Assembly: GCA_951406725.2 (NCBI GenBank)
Contig: OX597818.1
Span: forward strand, 99,386,001 to 99,450,000
Length of the DNA stretch: 64,000 bases
Source of the DNA: Octopus vulgaris
Taxonomy: Eukaryota
Direction: 5' to 3'
Position 1 is the stretch's first letter; every line of letters begins with the position of its first letter. Positions 55,001 to 64,000 of this stretch are shown here, one piece after another. Made by a program: the position numbers and the translations under genes. The notes below the pieces were generated by a model. The model searched no databases. It was not told the DNA's origin and saw only the letters and a program-made list of their open reading frames with translations.

Positions 55001-57815
55001 TCTAGTGCTAAATGCTTTATTTTAATATCTAGTTGAAGGCTTCTAATCATATCATTGTGTGTCAATTTTCTGTTCTGAATGATAAAGACATGAACAGCAT
55101 ACAACCAGCTTAATCCATGTATAAATTTGTTTGGTAACTTATGTAAAAGATCTATATTTACCATATGTTTTTCTCTGCGATTTTATGCTCTACACAGATG
55201 AGTAAATGATATTTCTATTATAAATTCAAATCACAATAACACTGATAAATAAATGTAAAATAATTCAGGATTGCTTTTGTTTGGAAAGAGACTTGAACTA
55301 AGATTATATGTTCAAACGGAAACAGTTACATCGTATGAAACACATGAAAGCCATTTTACACACATATATGCAATAAAAATAAACATTGAGTCGACGTATC
55401 TGGTTTTAGATTAACTCTAAAGTTTGAAGTTTTTTCTCGTATAGAAATGTTTCTTTCCCACGAATACTTTAACGCCATCATCATCTTCTGACTGTACATA
55501 TGGCCAATTTAGCTACAACAATTCACTCTTTCTGTCACTCATTTATTTTTATCCATTTATTTGTTTTGGTCATCTGACTGCAGCCATGCCGAAGCACAGC
55601 CTTTAGTCGAAGAAATCGACCCCGGGACTTATTCTTTGTAAGCCTAGTACTGGTCTCTTTTGCCGAACCGCTAATTTATGGGGAGTTAAACACACCAACA
55701 TCAGTTGTCAAGCGGTGGTGGGGAGAGAAACACAGACAGACAGACACATATACACGACGAACTTCTTTCAGTTTCCGTCTACCAAATCCACTGATATGGT
55801 TTTGGTCGGCCCGAGGCTATAGTAAATGACATTTACCCATGATGCCACACAGTGGGATTGAACCCAGAACTACGTAAGTGGGAAGCAAGCTCGTTACCAC
55901 ACAGCCACGCATTTGTTGAAAATTATTAAGTATATTTTATGATTGTACAATACTGAACAGTCGATGCGGCCTTTTATTCTCAGAACTAAATTACTTTCTG
56001 CATTCTTCTCATTTCTGGCCAATCGCTGAATCTATCATCACCGAACACAATCATGATTCGCTTTTAGACTGTTTTATTCCAAGAAATAGTTCATCCGTAC
56101 TCTTAAGTTCTATGATAATCCATTAGATTAAATGCACTGTACTGTATTTAATATGTCAGTTAGCTAGAGCTCTGTGGCATATATTCGCGGGTTGACTTAA
56201 GTAGCTAATCTTGAAATAAAAATAAGCAGAAGCAATTTAGATTAAAGTGTTCGATTTAAAAACAATAACTAGATACGAATATGACCCATGAATCTGGAGC
56301 TCAACACGTTATCCACTCAGCTATTCCATATCTACTGATATCGAAAGAAGATTCCAAACAGTGTCGGTAATATTGAAACTGATTGGTCGACCATAATCTA
56401 TCTGAACTTTTACACGTTTGTCACACATCATAGAAAAATACAAAATTATGTTTAAGTTAGAAAAATATTTATGATATAGTCCAATTATTCATTATTTATT
56501 GAAATATCATTATTTTGTCACACAATCTATTTACTGGAATTTATTGGCAAGTTTTCTTATACAAATAGATTAAGTTATGACGGCTGCTCAAAATGTCATT
56601 TCTTTTTATTACCACTTCGTTGTGTCTCTACTGTGTATACTACGCTACCTCCGTAATAAGAATATTAACAATGAAATTTAAAATAAGCACAAAGTATTAC
56701 ACTATTCAATGGAAGAATGCCGTTTATTTAGTTTGTCGCATTACTTCAGTGGTACCGATTTCATCGGCTCCGTGTGTTGTTGTTTGTTATTATTTATGAC
56801 TAGGTCAGACTTTATCGAGCACACTTACTGCATCTTCCCGGGAGAGTGACGTTTTGAATATATAGTTTAACTGAAGTACAGATCACAATCAGATGACACG
56901 TTAACACAGAAATATCTATCTATTTGCTCAATCTACTAGAGATAGCAATTACATCTCAATCAAATTTTACTATATTGTCTTGAAAATAAAGGATACGTTG
57001 AGTTATGGAGTCCTTGATGCGTAATATTCGAGACACAGACGATGTGGTTGTGTCCGGAATTCTTTTAATAATGCATCTGTTTCGTCGACGCCGACATAGA
57101 ATAAAATAAGAACCAAAATCAAATGACGATATAGTGCAATTTTGCTAGTCGTTGAAAAATTTCAGACCATACAGAAAGAATTTTCAGAATCTGTTCCAGA
57201 AACAATTTTTTTAATGCTTCTTTTCATATATTTTGCAACTACAAAATTGCGTGCATGTACATGGTTGGATTTGACGACATCCAACTGTGTATTTTTTGTG
57301 ATTTCTCATTATCCATCATACCAATGCTAAAAGTACATGTTTCTATTGCAATCAAGACCACAATGAATAACTGTAGCTCAAGCAATACTTGACTCTCCAT
57401 CAACTATGTTTATTAGAATTCAATGCAAAGAATGATAATTCTATTAGTAACAAAATGACGCCATTCCAAATTACGTAAAATGCAAACTTAATAGCCTATA
57501 CACGCTATATTTGAATGCTAAGAGCAAAACTCTATAAATAATGGACACACCGATTCATTGGCAAATTGTATCATCCAACAGTTGGAAGCCAAATCCCACG
57601 AGTTTATTGTCAGCTAAAGCATATAACTGTCATTAGTATATTTTGTTTTTATCATAGTTGTTGTTGTTTTGTTATAGCTGTTAGTTTTGGGCATTGGCAT
57701 GTATTTCTGTTTCTGATGTTGTAACTTTGTATTATTTGGAGTTGTAATTTTGTTGTGTTTATTGTATGAAGTTTGTTATTGATACAAAACCAGCTTGTAT
57801 ACATTGTCTGCATAT
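52070..57815. repeat. Diverged direct duplications: block X x3 and block Y x2
   Basis: Block X at ~52070-52750, ~54015-54780 and ~57105-57815 (e.g. tgctaaaagt.ca...tattgc.atcaa). Block Y at ~53120-53451 and ~56272-56592 (atacgaatatgacccatga...ggctgctcaaa). Confidence 0.85.
55545..55910 (-). mobile_element. SINE family A
   Basis: Reverse complement aligns with 1915-2330 from head to tail. Confidence 0.85.
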
Positions 57816-57827
57816 TCTTTAATTATA

Positions 57828-58383
57828 TTGGGTTGTTCGGAAAGTTCGTGCCGATTTTTAAAGGAATGAAAAATAAATACTTGCTATTACATTTTTAATC
57901 AACCAAATATGAACCATTTTGTTACACAATACATTTCCATCTTTCCTTTAACTTGAAAATACCCTCTTCCTAGAACTGAGGTGGTTTCATGGCAAAGAAT
58001 TCATCAAAGTATCTTTTTACGTCATCCAAGGAATTAAAATTTTTACCATTAAGACTATTTTGTAGAGACCTGAATAAGTGGAAATCTGAAGGAGCAATAT
58101 CTGGTGAATATGGAGGGTGGAGTAACACATCCCAGCCGAGCTGTAGCAATTTTTGTATGGTTCCCAAAGCATCAAGTGCCGAAAAGGAACTTATCTTCCG
58201 TTTTAAAGGGTTGCAGAATTAACACAGGTTATAGGAACATAAACCTTCTTCCACGAAAAAATAGCTTAAACTGTGCTCTAAATGGAGGTGTAGTCAAATC
58301 CTATTTCATGGACTCAACCATGTTCTAAAATAAGTCGAAAGGTAAGCTACTATAAATCGGCACGAACTTTCGGGACAACCCAA
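57828..58383 (-). mobile_element. Internally deleted mariner (DD34D) DNA transposon
   Basis: ~30-bp TIRs TTGGGTTGTTCGGAAAGTTCGTGCCGATTT / AAATCGGCACGAACTTTCGGGACAACCCAA with TA on both flanks. The minus strand has an N-terminal remnant EDK..FRHLMLWE fused to a C-terminal QKLLQLGWDVLLHPPYSPDIAPSDFHLFRSLQNSLNGKNF (YSPDxAPSD motif). Confidence 0.95.
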
Positions 58384-59057
58384 TAAATTAATTTCTCTAT
58401 TAATGGCTAATATTCCTTTCTACTATTGGCACAAGACCTGAAATTTTTGGCGAAGAGAAGGGGGTAAATCGATTACATTGATGCCAGTGTTAAACTGGTA
58501 CTTATTTTATACAACCCAAATAGATGAAAAGAAAAGCTGACCTCAGCAGGATTTGAACTCAAAACGTAAGGACAGATGAAATGCCACTAAACATTTTTGT
58601 CGGGCGTGCTATTAAAATGTACATATTACCAAACCAGCAAGGAAGCTGCTACGTGGTCACTTGAATACTAGAAATAACAGCAAATTGTCCTTCCAATCAT
58701 AACATCCTGTCTTAAAAGAGAGCAAGAATACATTGGATAATGGAGTCCGAATAAATTATCTTTGCATCATAATAACCGATATATAATATTGGTTGGTTGG
58801 TTGGTTGGTTACATTAATGAATTCTCCGGTCACGCTTTACATCGTATAGAGAGAAGAGAGAATGAATAAAAGAAAGGTACAAAGAGAGAATAGAGATGCA
58901 GGATAAGTGCCTGGTGGGAGGTAATGAGTAAAAGAACGCTATAATCAGATACATACGCGCCTCGGCTCGGAAACAACCAAAATCTCTCTCTATATATATA
59001 TATATATTCATGTGAGTGTGTGTATATATGTAAAGTGTGTGGTGTGTGTGAGAGGGA

Positions 59058-59109
<52 letters not shown>

Positions 59110-59940
59110 CGATTCTAGTTTGATATCCCTCCACCAATTTTGATTCTTGTAACTTTCTGAAAAATGCATATTTTATTTCGATATTCTGCATAGATATGCT
59201 TTTGGTGGAGTAATTTGGAATTATGTTGATGAAATTTAAGAAAAAAAAAACAAAAAACTTTTGAGAGATGTTATGGACCGTTTCTTTCCCTTGCTTACAA
59301 TTTGTGTAACATTAGCATTTTTTTCACTTTTCTGACAGATGTTGAAACATCAACATTAAGTAGTCTACATTCGCGAAAACATTTCTGCAAAATGTCATTT
59401 AAAAAGAAAAAAAAAGCATTTTAATACGTTACATAAGGCAAGAAAATCGAGAAGACGCGAATGATCCAAAATTCCTCCCGCTAAATTATTTTAATGTTAT
59501 CAATATAGCTATAATGTACACTATGGAACATGTAACTCTAGAAAATTTCATAAAAAATTATATGCATTTTAAAGAAAGTTATGAGAAAAGCGATTCGGTG
59601 CGGCGCCAAACTTCGCATAAGCTATTTGTTAATATGTATGTGTGTGTGTGTTTTTGCTAAACGACATGTACAATGATTTGTTTAATGTGATCAAATGTAT
59701 GTGCTCTACATTGGCTCATTTTCTGCAAATCAACATTTTCCGTACAGGTGCAGAATTGTGTCACACGTCAGATGTCGAAATGATCGCACAGCCACATGAA
59801 ATGAAGTGTTCTGTTCAAGAACACAACGCGCCGCTCGGTTCGAGAATTGAACCTACGATCTAACGGTCGTGAGTGCAACACCCTAACTTCTAGGCCTCAC
59901 GTTTTATATACATACATACATACATACATACATACATACA

Positions 59941-60021
<81 letters not shown>

Positions 60022-60159
60022 GCAATATTTGGGACTAATGTGTCAATTAGTGTGCTGATGTGTTGAGTTGAGTAAAGTACTGGCAAAGTTTGGCCTACGT
60101 GGTGTCATCCGCAGTTGGGATATATTTCCGTTGGATCGTACTTAATGTGTGAGTGTATA

Positions 60160-60427
60160 TATTTGCCACTTAAATGTGGCTAACCCTTAAGGGTGGATGC
60201 TACTGTAGCTTGTAGCCCCAGGAGGACACCGCCTCCAGCTGGCTATTGACACACTTTCTGTGCCCTATCAGTATTTGCAAAGGGAAGCCATCCTTCCCGC
60301 CTTCAACCTATGATACACATAGGGCACAGAAAGTGTGACAATAGCCAGCTGTATGAGGTGTCCTCCTGGGGCTACAAGCTACAGTAGCATCCACCCTTAG
60401 GGGTTAGCCACATTTAAGTGACAAATG
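60160..60427. mobile_element. Foldback MITE with ~110-bp inverted arms, 50-nt spacer and TA flanks
   Basis: 60160-60268 is a near-perfect reverse complement of 60319-60427 (ATTTGCCACTTAAATGTGGCTAACCC...CTGTGCCCTAT). TA at 60158-59 and 60428-29. Confidence 0.8.
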
Positions 60428-60499
60428 TACTTCACGATGTCGTGCAGCTATTGTTTATACCTCGCTCAGAGATTTGTTATTGGTATATATATATATATT

Positions 60500-60557
<58 letters not shown>

Positions 60558-61360
60558 GAATGTACAAAAATAAACTCGGAGTTTTTTTGACATTCACGGT
60601 TTCCAGAACGTCTCTATGTGGTCCCAGTATAACAGCCGAAAATAGAAGGGGTGGGAGTGAATTTTGCGCCACTTTAAGAGCAGCCGATGTATTGTTGTAG
60701 AACGTAAAAAATTTCCATTGTAGAATACTAGACAAGAGAAGCAGCAAAAAATAACACCGGTAAACATTTTATTGTTCTTTTTGAAAAAGAATAACTGTTT
60801 TAGCAATTGATTGAAAATTCTAAACAGGTGATATGCCATCTTCAAAGAAACGCATCATATTTACACTACTTGGACCTTATCATCAAATGAACCGAATGTT
60901 ACTCAGGTGTTTGTGTAATTTTTTTGTGAAATGAATTGTTTCACCAAAACACAAAATGGCGGGGGAAAGCCATTGAGATTAGCACGGGCAAACGAAGGCA
61001 AAGAACAGCAAATTTGATATAAGATAAATTATAAATATTGTAGACATGCCATACTTCCAGCTATTACTCGTAGTGGTAAAAGTATTCTCTCAAAGTTCCG
61101 TTTGTATGATGAGTTACATTCTAGTGTCTGAATAGAAGACGAAACAGTTACGCGACCGGAAAGCTTTTCGTCAGATATGCTCTCACAAGCAAACCCAAGA
61201 TAAACAGCAACATCAAAACACACACGTATACATACATACATGCATACATACATACGTACATACATACATACATACATACACACACACATACATACAGAAA
61301 GGCAGACAGACAAACAGACAGACAGACAGATACACACGCACACACAAGCACACAGGCACA

Positions 61361-61431
<71 letters not shown>

Positions 61432-64000
61432 ATTGCTTAACTCCAAGTTATTTAAGATAGAAATGACCGTGAGCTCCATGTCTTTTGGTTTAATTACAGC
61501 GTAGTGGATCTAAGACAAAATATACTTCCGCTTTCATTCATTGAAGACGGTTTTGTGTAATTTGAGGGAGATCTTATTGCTATTTCCAGCACATTCGTTG
61601 ATTATATAGTGATGCCTCGCTTCTTATTGTCTAATTCCTGTGGCTAGCGACATATAAATACGAGCTAATCTCCTGGAGTTACTTCATCATCTTTTATCAA
61701 TTTCCTCCAGTAAACAAATTACTTCACTTATACTTCGAACGTTTTTGATGAAGGCATGAACGTTACACAAGCTTAATTCACGTATAAATTTGCCTGGTAA
61801 CCTATATAAAGGAGATTTATTTACAATAGCTTTCTTTCTGCGATTTTATCAGCTCACAAAGGAGTACAATAATACGTCTATTAAGAAAATGAAAACAATG
61901 TAATACTAAAAAATAAACTGAATATTTTAGGTTTGTATCTGTTTGACGAGGGACTTGATCTGATATCGATTGTTGAATCAGAAACAATTACATCGCCAGA
62001 GACACACGAGTTCCATTTATAAACCACATATGACGTCATATTAACTTGAGATAACTTTCGTGATAGTATTGCATATTTCGACCCATATCTAGACGTATTC
62101 ACTGATACTATTCTGCCCGATAATAGTAAATAATCAAATAAATAGGTAAACATTTGTGATAGCAACTGTAATAATTTTAGGTTAAACTTCATATCTATGA
62201 CAAAAGGGCGAATCACTCGAAAACACGAATTACAAGAGGAAGGGACTGGACTATTGGATGAAAAACTACATGGTTGGGTTTAAGGTAATTTTTCCACAAC
62301 AAAAAACAGTTCAACATTTGAGCAGGCTTATTTTTTTACACATGCATTTTTAGAACCAGCTTCCAAATGAAAAAGCTGCTAGCTGTGACCGATAAAAAAA
62401 CTACCCAAGGAGTAAATGCTTTGTTTTTTATTCCTGCACCGCCACAGCATATATCTTTGCTTGAGGTACTGATAACTCTTATGTTATGATAACTCTTGAA
62501 GGTCGAGTTATATCATTTTAAGTAGATAATACTGGAGGAAATAGATTATCGCACTAAACAGTGACTGTTCTGTAGAAGTGAAGACCTTTATTAGCTGTTA
62601 ATACTGACTGTAAATCCTTATAAAGCCATGAGAAAGCAATGAAAAATTACTCCAGTGTATTCCATCTTTAAATTACTATTCGGAGACCGTGTTTTCAGGT
62701 GATACTCAATGAAAAATAGAACTATAGGAATAACCACAGCAGCTTATATATAGTCTTTCAGCTAATGAAAACTGTGAACTTGCACCTACAAATAAATTGA
62801 ACGTTACGAATCTTCGCTAGGAACATATTAATTCAGTTAGTTGCAATGTTTTAGAGCGTAAGATTCACTTTAAACAGCAACATAAAGAAACGGCGTATCA
62901 TTCACAGAATAAGCTCCATAAAGAGTTTAATTACTTTTCTTGACACAATTTATTTGAAAAACTGAATAGCTAAGCGAGGAACTACATAAATATAGAATAT
63001 ATAAATGCATAATTACCATGAATATGTTTTTAAATTAAATTTTATTAAACATTAAAGGTAAATTGTGTATCTGCTGTTAACTTAATTGCTTGTATTTATC
63101 TTTTCTCTATCTAACACAGCGACGCAATTTGTTATCTCAGAAGTTTGGTTTTTACTGCCGATAATTACTGAACGCCAATTATTTTATTTGTTCTATTACT
63201 TACTTATTTATTAGGAGAAATTATTTTTCAATTTAAAAGTGCATCATCAACAACAGTAGCAGATTGAATAGGTTTAGTGAAACAAGTTACAGTGTTAACG
63301 TAATGAAACATACATGTGAACAATAAAAATAGTTATACATCGAGTATTACTATAAACTATATTACAAGCATATGCACACTTTCAGACGCAGTTATCAGAT
63401 ACTACAATATCTCACAGGGGAACTAATATGTTGTCACTTGACCTGGATGAAAAAGATACCGAATGCCTGTCACTGTGCCATTTTAAAAGGAGAAAGGTAT
63501 ATGGGATAATGTGCTCTTTGACGCAATGAACATATCTGGCCTGAGCAGACCTGGGTCTGAACATTTTACACATAATAAGAATGGATTATCTGTTGACTAA
63601 CGCTTCACTAAGGAAAAAACAACAACAAAAAAAAACAAATAAAACAAAAAAAGCAAATAATAATGAACCCGGAATAATAAACAACCAGATTATTTTAATC
63701 AAACAGAAGCTAAATTTACGCAGAGGTTTATAATCTCATCCATCATGTGCTTCTTGTTAGATATTAGCATAGACTACTACCTCCCAAACAAAATTTTTTT
63801 TAAAGGAAATTCCTAAAGGAGGCGATGAATTTTATATCGAAAGTACATCATCAGTCATAATTCTGCTCACTCATGATATTAATATATTAATATTTTAATT
63901 TTGCTAAAAAAATTTCTGTAAGATATTTCTAAGGAAAAAAAAATAGACACGATCATCTATAAACTTTCAGCACCCACGTAACACGTCCACTATGAGCTCT

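Noticed and set aside
60555-60830. Possible Tc1/mariner left end after (TA)n
   Set aside because: No matching right TIR or transposase peptide found.

Overview
Eukaryotic, AT-rich, extremely microsatellite-dense DNA. The repeat families suggest a coleoid cephalopod, probably Octopus (inference from remembered families, not a search). Nearly all ORFs in the track are microsatellite artefacts. Only one host exon is convincing: a 336-nt phase-1/phase-1 exon on the minus strand (15648-15983) encoding an N-terminal V-type Ig domain of the turtle/IGSF9 family, so much of the window is probably intron. The rest is a transposon landscape: four tRNA-headed SINE families, remnants of an R4/Dong-type and an RTE-type LINE, an internally deleted mariner, two pogo/Tigger-type elements, a TA-flanked foldback MITE, and a Helitron 3' end next to a triplicated, microsatellite-poor block. 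The main unexplained signal is a set of eight loci with short, mostly sequence-unrelated, minimal type-I hammerhead ribozyme motifs. All lie close to (TA)n tracts, all that retain stem III have a palindromic or near-palindromic (dimer-type) one, and four loci are divergent inverted pairs. They look like pseudo-LTR remnants of Penelope-like elements and include core variants such as an A3-U8 swap. All structures were read by eye; no search or folding program was run.
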